This document shows, piece after piece, positions 37,797-50,489 of a stretch of 64,000 nt of DNA. Origin of the DNA: Euglena gracilis (Eukaryota); assembly GCA_039621445.1 (NCBI GenBank), contig CP154954.1, positions 17,080,589 to 17,144,588 of the forward strand, in the 5' to 3' direction. Both the position numbers and the translations under genes were made by a program. The first letter of the stretch is position 1. Each line of letters begins with the position of its first letter. The notes under the pieces were generated by a model that did not search any database, was not told where the DNA came from, and saw only the letters and a program-made list of their open reading frames with translations.

Positions 37797-38826
37797 ATTT
37801 TGTGTGTGCCTGTCTGGCAGTCTTTCTGTTTCTGTGTGTGTTGCCGGCGAGCCAAGTTGCTGCCCCAAAGTGCCCCACTTGCTTTGCAGACGCACTGTCC
37901 CTGACACAGGTTCCAGGTTTCTCCCTGAGCTGTCGGTTTCACATCCCTTCCTGGCCACATAATCAGGACCACAGGGGTCCAGACCGACTATACTCCCCAT
38001 TGTACCCCCCCACATGCCCGGTGACCCCCCACTTTTGACCAATGGATGGGTCTGCCTGCGCATGGGTGCCTGCACGTTGGCCCATGTTTATCCATTGGGG
38101 ATGCCGACACACCATATGTATCACACCTTCTTTCAATGCCTGACTTTTTTGTCACTTTTTTTTTTAAAAAAAAGGTGACAAAACAATGCAAGAGACAAAT
38201 AATAGCAGGAAATCAAATTTTCAATGCCATTACTTTTCCAGTCAACTTTCATCGAAAGACACATGGTTGCGCACGGTGTGCCTCACACACCGTGTGTTGG
38301 CATCCCAATTTCTTCATGATTTGTTTAACATGGGAGACCCCGGACAGTGGTTTGTGGTTGATGGGATGAATGGGGGCCAACAGAAGTGGCGTTCCCATAA
38401 GAACCCAGACACATTTTCCGCCAGCACAAAAACCACAGGCGCAATTGTGAAAGCGGTTCTTGTTGGGGATGGTTGATGCTGATCCTGACGGTATCCAACC
38501 CACTCCCCCCCCAGCACTCTTCCTTTCTGGCCACTGTTTGTGGCGGTGCCATCGTCTGACCACCCATTGCGGTGGGATTTTGGCCAAGAAGGCCTCCAGA
38601 CCACCGGCGGCAACGTTCTGTGCGAATGAATGCAGAAATGGCCCCCACAATGAGACGGAAACCCCGATTTGGGACGGCGTGTGTGGGTTGGGGAGAGGCT
38701 GGCAACCAGGCACGAGGGGTTTATTTTTTTTACCAGGAGTGCCAGCCGACTGGTTTGATTGTTCCAATGTGGCTTTTCCCGGAACTGGAGCCCTCCAAAG
38801 TTTTTGCTGTGGTTGTCTATGATTAC

Positions 38827-38887
38827 CCCGAATTTATTACGTATTGTGGGCATGCACAGAATCCACCAGCACTGCCGCATGGTTTGT
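38827..38887 (-). CDS. Candidate exon of an unknown minus-strand gene
   Basis: ctgcag|A QTMRQCWWILCMPTIRNKFG|gtaatc. Phases are compatible with the neighbours on both sides. Confidence 0.3.
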
Positions 38888-39036
38888 CTGCAGTTTCCCA
38901 TTGATGTCTGTATTTGGAGGTTTTGTGCCTTTCTTTGTTTTATTTTCAGTGATTCATAAAAACACTGAATATTTATATGGTTAAATGCTTTCCTGCTCCA
39001 GTGACTGGACTCCTTTTAAGAGTTGGTATTGAAAAC

Positions 39037-39137
39037 CTGATTTCAATATTCCTCCAGCAATGCCCTCTTGCAAACATAGCCAAGGTGTCCTTGTAAACCC
39101 AATCAAAAATCCTGATCTTTGATGACCCATGGTAGTT
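39037..39137 (-). CDS. Candidate exon of an unknown minus-strand gene
   Basis: cagcag|NYHGSSKIRIFDWVYKDTLAMFARGHCWRNIEI AG|gttttc. Confidence 0.3.
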
Positions 39138-39205
39138 CTGCTGCATCATACACCATGGTATCGTGGTGCCATATAATGGACAGCACAAGTTGACTCTCCA
39201 AGCAC

Positions 39206-39532
39206 CGGGGCAGTCTTTAAGGGACGGGGAATTTTATTTTATTTCTCAAGGACCACCCCTCCTCTAAAGGCTAAAGGGCCGACCAAGGTCCAGTCTGGGC
39301 CTTGAATGAGGTCGAAAACCAAAAAGTTGAAAATTGCGTTTTTTGGTGTTTTGGCTGGTTTGGCAAAGGTCTAAAGATGCCAGAGACCAATTAAAAAATG
39401 TTTTCCCAATGGTGTCCACCTGTTTTCGCCGAAAATGCTAAATGCCTGTCCATTTTTTTTCCTGTGTTTTTTTTTTAGCTGCATGTGTTGGGACAGCAGA
39501 GTTGGTTTTTTTTTTATTTCCTTCAGGCCCTG
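39206..39532. mobile_element. MITE family E, degenerate copy
   Basis: Starts cggggcagtctttaaggga and ends gccctg. Flanks ccaagcac / acaagcat (6/8). Internal similarity to 40629-40934. Confidence 0.6.
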
Positions 39533-40628
39533 ACAAGCATTTGTGCCATTTACTCTCTTTGAGTGGATAGTTATTACAAACGAGCACGCAAGAGTTCTCG
39601 GAGGGACTTTGTGGGCAGGGGCTGGTTCATCGCAAACCGCCATGTCCTCCTTTTTTCGACCCTGGTGACCTTAGTCTCATTTTACTCCACTGTGGCCTCA
39701 CCACAGGTGGAGGTCCCCGTGTGGGGACGCACCGGTATGCACGTGTTGGGGATGCAATTGGGGGTGCACCAAAGGTATGTCTGGTCCGCAGGGCTGTGCG
39801 GGAATCCCCGAAACCCTGTGGATGGTGAGTGGGGTACCCCCACCCCTTCCCATATTTCGAAGGGGCGATTTTTGAGGGATACCCACACTTTTAAAAGAAA
39901 TCTCTCGGAGGGATTCTGCCGAGATAACGCCCACAACACGATGGGCAATGCATTGTTTTCGTCAGAGCTATTGGACACACACCATTGCTTACCGACTCCT
40001 GACGGTCGCCTCAATAGTATCATTTGACAACCCTCATTTTTTTTGGCCAAAATGCTTTAAAATACTAGAAACCCTAAAAAATTTATTCGGGCAAAATGAA
40101 ATTCACCCGAGCAAAAATGACGTCGCAAAAATCTCCGTTAACAAAAGCCCAACCCCAGAGAAAAAAACGATTCCTGGCATCGCAGGAACATTTCTGTCCC
40201 TCCCAACCCCCCAAAATGAGGCTTTTTCTTCTTCTTCAAGTTTTCGACCCCGTTTGATGCCGAGTGGGCCCTGGGACAAACCTTGAAAACAGAACCTTAA
40301 AAACAACTGTCAGAAACCTAATAAAAAGCAGTGAAAATGTCTTAAAAACCTTTGAATCCTTGCCGTCGAAAATTCCTTCGGTGCTGAATGGAAATTTTGC
40401 GGGGGGAGTGGGTGGTCCTATTCTTTGAAGGGTTTCCTCTCTCTCTATTTTCGGCGAAACACTGAAAAATTTTGGCCCCAAAATCGACACCCTAAGAGCC
40501 CCGAGAGCAGGTCCCCCGCCCCCCAAAGGGTGGAGGGTTGGGTGGGGGCCAACCCCCTCCTTCGGGTCCCTGCTTCTTTGCCCCCACAGCCAGCGGCCTG
40601 CTTTGGCCGACCGCCCTTCAGGCCACAG

Positions 40629-40934
40629 CAGGGCAGTCTTTAAGGGACAGGAAAGTTTTTTATTTCCTTAAGAGCCGCCCCCCCCCCCCCTTTCGGCCAA
40701 AGGGCCGGCCAAGGGCCAGACTGGGATTTGAACAGGTGCAGAAATTTAACAGTCGGAAATAACAGTTTTTGATGATTTGGGTGGATGGACGATGGTCCAA
40801 GGGTGCCAGGAATCAATTTTTTTCCCGATGTCGACCTGTTCTCGCCGAAAAATGCCAAAATTTCTTCTTGTGCATTTTTTACTGAGTGTGCTGGGACAGC
40901 GAAGTTGTTTTTCATTTGCTTAAGAACCGCCCTG
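40629..40934. mobile_element. hAT-like MITE family E
   Basis: TIR cagggcagtctttaag / cttaagaaccgccctg. Perfect 8-bp TSD ggccacag. Confidence 0.88.
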
Positions 40935-41357
40935 GGCCACAGAGGCCGGTACAACTGGCGCCCAGCCCCTCGTATTGCGCCAACGAAGGGGGCTCCGCAC
41001 CCGTCAGAGGCCCCCCGTACTCCTCAACGGATGGTTCTCGGCGATGGGCGGCGGCCTCTCTTTGAGGGCCGGTGGCGTCCTTCGCCGGGAACCGTCATGG
41101 GGCCTATTTTTATGCGACTGCAAAACGACTGCTTTTCCCCCGAGCTGTGTACCTCCCCCCTTGTGTCGTTGACTCAGGGTGCCATTGACACCTCCGTGTC
41201 AACGGCATTTTCTGGAACATAAATTTTATTTGCGCTGGCCTCGGTTTAGGAGGAAATTCAGCCAAACCACTTCAAAATTGTGTCGGATCTGCTTCCCAGG
41301 CATGGCCTCGAGTGCTTTCCCCGATGAATTTGGTGATTTGGTGCAGTCTTAGTGGTC

Positions 41358-41642
41358 GGCAGCCTCCAACTCAAGGGCCCCCCGGGGGGGGGGGGGGGGG
41401 CTTTAGTTGGATGGGGGGGGGGGGGAATTTTTTTTAGCGTTATTGAAGGAATAGGGTTAGGGTTACGACTTAGGGTTAGGGTTAGGCCAAACTTATAGAT
41501 TAGTGTTAGGTGCACAAGTTAGGCCTGAAGCTAGGCCAAATTCGTAACCCTAACCCTACTCCATCATTAACGCAATTTTTTTTTGCTGCCCCCGAATCCA
41601 ACTAAAGCCCCCTCCCCTGGGGCCCTTTAGTTGGAGGCTGCC
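41358..41642. mobile_element. Foldback MITE family F with telomere-like core
   Basis: TIR ggcagcctccaact / agttggaggctgcc. Flanks tagtggtc / aagtggtc (7/8). Internal tagggttaggg..accctaacccta. Confidence 0.8.
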
Positions 41643-42025
41643 AAGTGGTCAATGATACAGTGTGGAGGCCGATTGATGCTGGTCTGGTCTGTTTTTTTTC
41701 TCTCTCCAATGCTACCGTGCCGTTGAGACAGCGTGTCTTTGACCCCCCCCCCCGTGCCAACGACACTTTCCTGGAACATTGGCGTGCCAACGACAAGGGG
41801 GGGGGGTGTGGGTGCGGTGTGGGTATGTTAGCCGGTCTGAAGTTTCTATGCTGATACTCGATGCACCTCGTTCCCATTTGTTCAAGGAAAAGCAGCCTGG
41901 CTGCAACATCACTCCCCGCTCCGTTTTCCCCCCCTTCAGGTCCACAGGCTTCTTGGTGTGTTGGGCGCCTTTTGCAATGAGGCATGCACGCTGTGTTGTT
42001 GGGCATCATGGAAGGCAGGGCACAA

Positions 42026-42380
42026 AGTTAACCCCAGGTTAGGCCCAAAGGTTGGCCCAAAGTTAGGCCCAAAGTTAGGCCCAAACTAATTCCCAAACTT
42101 ACCTGAATCCTAAATTTGAGCCCTATTCTGAGGGCCAACCTTGATCCTAACCCTATCCCATAACTTTACACCCCATTCTTTTTTTGGAAACTTGGCCCTG
42201 ACTTTGGGTCTACTTTGGTTTGGCTGGCCTGATGGTTTGACCTAACTTTGGGCCTAACTTTGGGCTAAACTTTGGGTCTAACTTGGCTTACTTGGGCCTA
42301 ACTGTGGGGTTGACTTAGAGCCCAACTTTGGACATAATTTAAGGCTCAAGTTTGGGCCTGACGTTGGACCAAACTTCGAT
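42026..42380. repeat. Inverted blocks of a 12-bp telomere-like unit (gttaggcccaaa / tttgggcctaac)
   Basis: About 4 forward units at 42038-42085 and ~10 degenerate reverse units at 42195-42375. Confidence 0.7.
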
Positions 42381-43459
42381 AAGTTTTTTTCATCTGATCC
42401 CCAACCTATTCCCAAATAATAGCCCCAAATTTTATACCTGCTTTGAGGATGAAAATGGCGAAGACAACAACAACAGAAGTGGGACCCCACCCCCTGGTTT
42501 TTCTTGTGGGACCCCCTCGGGAGGACATAAGTCAAAGGCTGCCCATCAAAAATGAGAGATTAAAAAAAATATTGAGGCAAGATGCAGGTCCCAAGCGGGC
42601 AAACATGAAACATCAGGTGGGCGGTAGCTGTGGGAGTGCCTAACGCCATTTTACGCAATTGAGCATTTTTAGGCGATTCCAGAATGTTCTTCTTTGCAAG
42701 CTTCTGGACGTCTTCATCGTTGCTTGGTAGTCGCAGTTGCACTGTCCACTGACCCCCCCCCCCCATGTGCTTGCTTATTTATGAACCACGTTCGAATCGT
42801 CTGCCGCCTTTTGTTCTCCATTGCTTTCATAACAGCTGGCTGGTATGTCTGCAGACCAGACCTGACCACCACACCACACCCCCAAAGGGTTCGCGGCATG
42901 TCCTTCAGGAAAGGATTTTTGTCAACGTGGCCAAGCACCGATCACGCCTTTGAGCTGCTTGACAGTTCCCTTGCCATCTGCACAACGGATCTTCGTTCTA
43001 TGTTCCCCAGTGTGTTTCCACCCGTCTGTCTCCTCATCAGCCTGGGAGCTCTGACATTCCGGGAACAACCAGGTTTTTTTTGGTGCTTTCAGCCTCGCAC
43101 CATTGTTTCAACTCTGAAGCAGGAGGGGAAAATGGGCGACAGCCCCATGTCCAGACACACAGCGGAAAGCAAAGCGATGATGTCCAAGATCGTTGGAGAG
43201 GGAGAAGGGGAACAGCAAGGCAGCCTGCGAAATTGTGTTGGGACGGTAGCAACGCCAACTTCCTTCCCAAAATTGTCTTGGCATCTCGGCAACCACCGGC
43301 AGCATATCCACATTCCATATTTTTTTCTTCAAAGGCAGTAGTTAACTACTGCAGGCTTTAACTACTGCCCCCCCTCTCCCCCAGGCGGCAGTAGTTAAAT
43401 GAGGGGAGGTCCACCTTCTTGAACGCAAGCTGATGGGGTATCAACGGCAGTAATTTTTA

Positions 43460-43665
43460 GGGACAGGGTTAGGGTTACGGTTGCCGTTCCAAAGGGCATC
43501 CGGGTTAGGATTTGGCCGAAGTTAGGGAGTTTGGCCGAAATTCGGCCTGAACTCAGGCCTAAAATTTGGCCTAATTTTCGGCCCAACTTGCCCTGAATCC
43601 CAACCCTAACCCAATTTCCCTACCTTACCCTCACCCTAACCCTACCCCTAAACCCTAACCTTATC
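43460..43665. repeat. Degenerate telomere-like inverted repeat (agggtt..aaccct), related to the family F core
   Basis: cagggttagggttacgg.. at the left and ccctaaccctaccccta aaccctaacc at the right. Confidence 0.6.
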
Positions 43666-44051
43666 CCTGGCCCCTGTTCCATGTGGAGTCGGACTTCCGC
43701 CCTGCACATTTTTCCAGGACGTTTCCGGTGGGAAGTGTGAAAACACATGTGGATTGGGATTTTTTTTTAACGTGGGGGGGCTCCGAACCTCCCCCCTCGT
43801 TAAACTACTGGCCTCCTGCTGAACAACTGGGCCAGCAGTTGAAGGCTGCCAAGATTTTTTCCCCCAAGTCAACACAAACCGTGGTGCCGATGCGTCAGAG
43901 GATCAACACCATAGTGTCGGGGGTTGTGGGCACCAGATTGAACATTCTTGGTGCCCAAATCGTTTTTGAACTTTGTGAGCAGTAAATTGTTGCACAAATG
44001 CCCAAGCTGATCAATACTTTCAGATAGCTATTTCAAAGGCTGCAGCTTCAG

Positions 44052-44810
44052 CAGGGGGGAGATATGCAAGTTGTATAGGATACATTTGCCAGTGCAGATG
44101 CCAAAAAGAAATCAGAGAGAAAATATGCAAAATAAAAATGCAAAAATGTGACTTTCCAAAAAATTTTCATTATGCAAAAAAATGCAAATTCAGAAGCATT
44201 GAAGCGCACCCCAGCTTCCACTTTTTTTGGCAGAATGTGAACAGATGGACTGTTGTTTATTGGGTGGACGACGTAATGGGGGAGAGGATACTTTTCCCCC
44301 CAAACACACCCCCCCCAGCAATAGCTGCACATTTACATGTCCCAATGACCGTCCCCCCAAACTTTTTTTGGCTAAAGAAAAGTGGCCCCTCCCACAGCCG
44401 GCCATGGGAGGTTTCATTGTTGAGCCATGGAAAGTTTTGATTTATGGGGGCAGAGCAGACATCCAACGTTGCTTTCAATTTTCGTATGCCCCAGAACCAG
44501 CCCCTTTGCCCCCACATTGCTTCTTTTTTTTTTGGCCGTTCAGAGTGGATGAACGGATCTTGACCCCTTCACACCGATTGCCCTGACATGCCGACCCGTC
44601 AGTGTAAAAAAGTGGATGCAACTTGGTGAACCAACCACGTCACTTTGCAAGTTTGCACCACATTTTCCTTTGGTGTTGCATTTGAGCTGGTTAAATTTTT
44701 TCAGTCCTCCAGCAGAAAAGGGTACGTCAGAGCTCCAGAAGGAATTTTACACGCAACTGGCATTTTTTTCCATTGCATATTTCGAGGATCCTTGTTGCAT
44801 ATCCCCCCCG
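44052..44810. mobile_element. MITE family D, old interrupted copy
   Basis: Ends caggggggagatatgcaag / ttgcatatcccccccg, with family D-type tgcaaaa subrepeats near the ends. Confidence 0.5.
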
Positions 44811-44941
44811 TAAATTCAGCTTATAAACATATTCAGCTTCTGAATGTGCAGCAGTGCAGAATTTTTAGCAATGGCGAGTTTTTTTTTTTTGATATGAACG
44901 GATTGCAGATTGAACCAGGGCCGTCCGATTCCAGATTGATC

Positions 44942-45238
44942 CAGGGCGGTCCATAAGGGACGGGATGTTTCCCGCCTCTTAAGGACCTCCCTTGGGCTTA
45001 AGGGACGACCAAGGGACCAATGGACAACCAAGGGCCATCAAAAATTAATTTATTAAAGCTAAAAACGCATTTTTGACAAGTTGGGTGGATGGAGAATGGT
45101 GTGAAGGTGCCAGAAATCACCCCCCCCCCTTCGAAATTTTTTTTTTGTCGAAACATGGCCATTTTCTGGACCATTTCCTGTGGATTTTTCATTGAATCTG
45201 CTGGGACGGGAATTTTTTTTTGCTTAGGGACCGCCCTT
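44942..45238. mobile_element. hAT-like MITE family E
   Basis: TIR cagggcggtccataag / cttagggaccgccctt. Flanks gattgatc / gactgatc (7/8). Confidence 0.8.
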
Positions 45239-45334
45239 GACTGATCATATTTGGCAGCCGTTTTGTATAGCCTGACTGGACGAAAGGAAGCGTGTCGCAG
45301 TTGTGCGCGAGACGCCATGCCCAAATTATATGCA

Positions 45335-45601
<267 letters not shown>

Positions 45602-45604
45602 AGC

Positions 45605-45881
45605 GGCAGCCTCCCACTAAACGGCCCCCCCGGGGGGGGCCGGACAGTGGATCAGGGGCGGCAAATTTTTTTTGTGTTAATGATGGAATAGGGTTAAGGG
45701 TTAAGACTTAGGGTTAGGGTTAGGCCTAACTTATGGATTAGGGTTAGGTGCGCAACTTAGGCCTGAAGTTAGGCCGAACTCGCGCACCTAACCCTAATCC
45801 ATCATTAATGCAAATTTTTTTTGCCGCCCCCTAATCCCACTATCCGGCCCCCCGGGGGGGGCCGGATAGTGGGAGGCTGCC
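45605..45881. mobile_element. Foldback MITE family F with telomere-like core
   Basis: Long TIR ggcagcctcccacta.. / ..tagtgggaggctgcc extending ~90 bp with mismatches. Flanks atgtaagc / atataagc (7/8). Core contains ttagggttagggttagg. Confidence 0.88.
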
Positions 45882-48213
45882 ATATAAGCATACATATATA
45901 CATATACGCATATGTATATATGTATGCACATGTGTGCTGTCCTCGGTCGTCCCAGGAAATGGGGTTACAATAAAGTGGTTCTTTTGCACCTCTTGCTCAA
46001 CGGTTCAGTCAGCCTTCCTATAACACAAAGTGCCACAAATCCCAGCCCACCTCATCCCAGTATCCCATCAGCGAGCCTTGACCCGCTGATTTTCTGCCAT
46101 CTCTGAGGAAGCTCCCGGGAAGTGTTAGTTCATTTTTCCTCAGTATTTCTGACCCCCACCCCCGTACGTGTGTACCCTGTTTGTGTGCTCTTATAGTGGA
46201 CTTGTAGCAGATATTGAAGGACATTTCTTTCATTTGTGATGAAACAAAGCCTTTTTGGAATTGTGGAATGGGCCTTTTTGGAACGAGGAATCCTTGCTTT
46301 TATTTTGGTAAATCACAACTGGAAGTGTCGCACCTCTTTTAATGGTCACCCACATTGCTGCTTGGTTTACCAGGGAGTGGCGCTCTGATAATGGACGCTC
46401 AGGTGGGGTGCTTTCTCTTTGGAGCCTGCTGTTGCGGTTGCACCTTCCTATTTGTTTTTCGGGGTTAACCCTCTGGGAGGTGAAGGTATGTCCAATGTTG
46501 TTGAATTAAATCGTACAAATGGGCTTCGTCGTCTTTTTTTTTTAACCTTCGGTGCTTTTGTCAATTTCAGCAAACTCAAAATTTGGGTTATGGTAGCGTG
46601 GAAGGTCGGACAGCAGGGAAATTCTGGGACCTATTCAAATTGGTTCATCTTTCCCCTTTTCCAAACCCCAAACGTTCCTGAACTGCCACCGAACTGCAAC
46701 TGAACTGCTATTGAACTGCCACCATCCCTAATGGCATACACACCGGGTTGGCCAGAAAACACATTGAATTCTGGACTGGACGTTCATGCATAGGTTAGGA
46801 AACCCCCTGGCCCACTCCCCCCCCTGGTTGGCGGCTGCAGGGCTGCACAGGAATCCCTGCAACCCGATGGGTGGGGGGGGGCGACCCCCTCCCCCCCTCA
46901 CCATTCCTTCCCTTACAGGCCGGGGCGGGTGTCATAAAGGAACGTACAACAGCCGCCGGTTCTCTTTTCTCCTTCTTTCTGTTGTCCAGCACTGACGTTT
47001 TGCTTTAGAGACTTTCCAGAATGAACAGCGAGAACTGGTATGGAAACTTCCGGCTGTTGTCCCAATGAGATTTCACACCGCGTTCCATGTGCGTTTTGTT
47101 TGCATCCCGGACGAGGTTGTTGAACCTTTGCCATCTGCCCCCTGTGCCCGTCTGAATTTTGGCCGTGACGTATCTCGCGACCAGCCAGATCGGCGGGATT
47201 TTCCTCTTCCGCGTCACTTGGAAGCTGGCGATGCCTCGTCGTACGCTCAATGCCTGGTGCCAAATGCCCTCCCTCCCACTGTACAGTGGCTCGGGACAGG
47301 CAGTCCACCCGTCTGCTGCACACATGGGCTTTGTTGTTTTTGAAAACCCTTTCATTGTGCTCGGAATACAAAATATATAATACAGTCTGGCAAACCGACA
47401 AGTCTGGAAGCCTGTGTGGAAGGGCATCCTCATCCTTGGCAGTCCAATGAGGGACGGGATTCTTTTAAGGACCACCGTGCCCAGGGCCGGCCGGTCTGGG
47501 GTTCGAATGCGGTTCAAAATTATAAAACTGAAACAAATTGCATTTTTGGCCGTCTTTGTGAATGGTCGACGGTCCACGGATGCCGGAAATCATCCCCCCC
47601 CAGGGCAGAACGGGAATCGGCCAAACAGCCAGGGTGGTGGTGGTGGGGAGTCGACCCCCCCCCACCCCCTGCATGGTGGGTGGGGGGGGGTCGACCCCCC
47701 CACCACCTCTTCCCGTATTTCCGGGAGCACCAGTTTTTGGACCCGAAAAATTTTTTCCGGCGCTTTCGGCGCGGACGTTTTTTTTTTGGACCCATTTTGG
47801 GACCCGTATAGGGCCCCCCCCAAAGACCCCCAAAACCCCCATTTTTTTCACACCTTCCAAAAATTCAACATTTTCTCAAAATTTTTATTTTGAGAGGTTT
47901 TTGAAGAAAAACATGCCACTGAAAGTCCAAAGAATTTCAAAGAGAAAAAAATGTCAGTAAAATTTGAATGCGCCAAAATTTGGTCCAATTTTTTTTTGAC
48001 ATTCATTTTCTTCACCCAGGTGGGTTGACCCCCCCCACCACAGCATTTTCACCAATTTCGGGAAAACGAGGATTTTGGCCGGAAAATTTTTGATTTTTTT
48101 TTTTGGAAAAATGAACCCAAAATACATGATTTTTTTTGATGGAAACCCACATTTTTTCACAAAAAAATCTCAAAAATTTCAGGGTTAAAATTTGGCAGTT
48201 TTCAGGAGGGGGG

Positions 48214-48285
48214 TTAGGGTTAGGGTTAGGGTTAGGGTTAGGGTTAGGGTTAGGGTTAGGGTTAGGGTTAGGGTTAGGGTTAGGG
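48214..48285 (+). repeat. Interstitial telomeric repeat (TTAGGG)12
   Basis: 12 perfect TTAGGG units. Confidence 0.97.
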
Positions 48286-48290
48286 TCAGG

Positions 48291-48740
48291 CAGGGGGGGG
48301 AAATGCAACTTGCATAATTTGCATTTTTTTGCATAATCGGCTTTTCCCGAAATTTGCATTTTTTGCATTTTTTTGCATTTTTTTGCATAAAATATTTTGC
48401 CCTGGAAAAATTGTTTGTAGTTGGTTGCCATATGTTTGGATTTTTTTGCATATTCTTGCATTTTTTGCATAAAATATTTTGCCCTGGAAAAAATTTTTGT
48501 AGTTGGTTGTCATATGTTTGGATTTTTTTGCATTTTTTTGCATTTTTTTGCATAAAATATTTTGCCCTGGAATTTTTTTTTGATTTCAGGCAGCAAAGCT
48601 CTGTTATATTCCAGCTTTTTCTCAGGGTTTTCATGCAAGTTGCATTTTTTTTGCATTTTTTTGCATTTTTTTTGCATTTTTTTGCATTTTTTTGACTTGC
48701 ATAATTTGAAGGGCCAAGTTGCATTCCCCCCCCCCCCCTG
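48291..48740. mobile_element. MITE family D (intact copy)
   Basis: TIR caggggggggaaatgcaactt / aagttgcattcccccccccccctg. Direct repeat ggtcagg on both flanks. Internal (ttttttgca)n and a ~70-80-bp subrepeat present about 3 times. Confidence 0.85.
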
Positions 48741-49021
48741 GGTCAGGGTTAGGGTGGGGGTCGACCCCCCCCCACCAGTGCTTCCCGTTCTGCCCCCCCC
48801 CCAATCAAATACCTCAAAATGACTGGGCGTGACTGGACGCGACTGGGCATAACTGGGTCAAACTGAAAATTTTTACCACGCCTGGCCACTTTTGACCACC
48901 TTCGGCCTTTTTTTTGTCCGTCTTTGTCCGCTTCTAACCATCTTTGGCCGTTTGTAGCCTTTTTTTTAAACTTTCTTCAGGCATTTTTTTTCCATGTGGA
49001 TTTCTCATTGAACGTGGCGGA

Positions 49022-49064
49022 ATATATATATATATATGTATATGTATATGTATGCATATATGTG

Positions 49065-49096
<32 letters not shown>

Positions 49097-49147
49097 CATA
49101 CACAAACATATATACACACACATACATTGTATACATATGTATATATG

Positions 49148-49180
<33 letters not shown>

Positions 49181-49200
49181 GTATATGTATATGTTTATAT
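49022..49200. repeat. (TA)n-based compound microsatellite
   Basis: Directly visible. Confidence 0.93.
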
Positions 49201-50061
49201 TGGAATGATGTGTTTGGAGAGTTTGAATTTTCATACCTGCAGATATCCCCACCTTGTTTTCTCTTTTGCGTTGGCTTCCTGCTCCGAATCCAAAGCGGTT
49301 TCTTCATCCCTCGTTCACTCATCCATATATCAACAACTTTATATGTTTGATCTGGGTCTGTCCACTTGGGTGCCATCGGGAATAAATTTGATCTACAGCC
49401 AGGAGAACTCTTTACTGCACCTTTTGCCCTTGGATTCAATCTAATCTCATCGCACCAAACGATGAAATTGTCGGATTTCTATTGTGTCAAATGGTAACCT
49501 CTCCCCCAAATGTGCACGGGTGCTTTCATTTTAAGTGCATAGTTTCGGACCCCGCACTTCTTTGGGCAAAACACAAATTGTATAATTTACCACCACTCTT
49601 TTTCATTTTTGCACTGCGCACTCATTAGGGGGGTTTATTCCTTGTGTAGTTTTGTGCTTGTCAGCTTTTTTTCTCCTTTTTGCAGCTTTTTTGTGAGAAA
49701 AGCTGCATGAAATGAACTGCTGCACTTTCGAACCAATGTTTTTTCTGGTCCAAGTCTCACTCGATTTTTTGTCATTCTTGAGGCTTCTTTGCCAAAATAA
49801 TAAGCACGAACAAATGGTAAATTTAGGGATTTGGGATTCCCTCCGTTGGATTGCCAGTTAAGCGTTCCAAACTGGTCGTGTATGGGATTCGCCATTGTCC
49901 TCCTGAAATATTTGATCCTCTGTGGTGAGCTCCTATATGAAAAATGTTACCATTGCTTTTCTTTTGGTGGCGGGAAGAAATGTTGCCGATCGCTTTTTCT
50001 TGGCCCAAGCAGGAAGCCAGTGTTGACTTTTTTGGATCGTACCCCGTTTGAGTGGATGGGT

Positions 50062-50489
50062 CAGGGTTTGATATAAGGAGGGCGTACATGGTTTAGGTGG
50101 GGGGTGTCCCCCCCCCCCACCCCCCCCTCCTGGCCCGCAGGGGGGGTCCGGACCCCCCCCCCCCACCTGCCAGGGGGGTCCGGACCGACCCTGGGGGGCA
50201 CCCGGGACCCCCCCCCAAAAAAGGGTCATTTTTTTCCTCCGGCGCTTTGCGCCAAATATTTTTTTTGCATTTTTGGCACATTTTTGCCCAAAGAGTGCCC
50301 AAAATGGCACTTTTGGTTGTTTTGGGGGGTCAAAAATTTCCGGCCCGGCGCGAAGCGCCGGGCCGAAATTCGGTCACCCAGACCGCGCAACTGTTTAAGT
50401 GGGGGGGGGTCCCCCCCCCCCCCCCCCCCCCCTGGCCCGCAGGGGGGGTCCGGACCACCCCCCCCCACCTGTCCTTATATCGAACCCTG
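50062..50489. mobile_element. hAT-like MITE family A
   Basis: TIR cagggtttgatataagga / tccttatatcgaaccctg. Perfect 8-bp TSD ggatgggt. Confidence 0.9.

Larger units (their letters stand above)
47601..48795. mobile_element. TIR element family B, interrupted by (TTAGGG)12 and a family D MITE
   Basis: Ends cagggcagaacggga / tcccgttctgccc. Internal blocks are shared with 51809-52823. Confidence 0.75.

Noticed and set aside
39037-39137. YHGSS as a GIY-YIG nuclease motif
   Set aside because: The resemblance is too weak; the upstream GIY and the conserved Arg/Glu spacing are not convincingly present.
48214-48285. True chromosome end
   Set aside because: Only 12 units, with collinear family B sequence on both sides.
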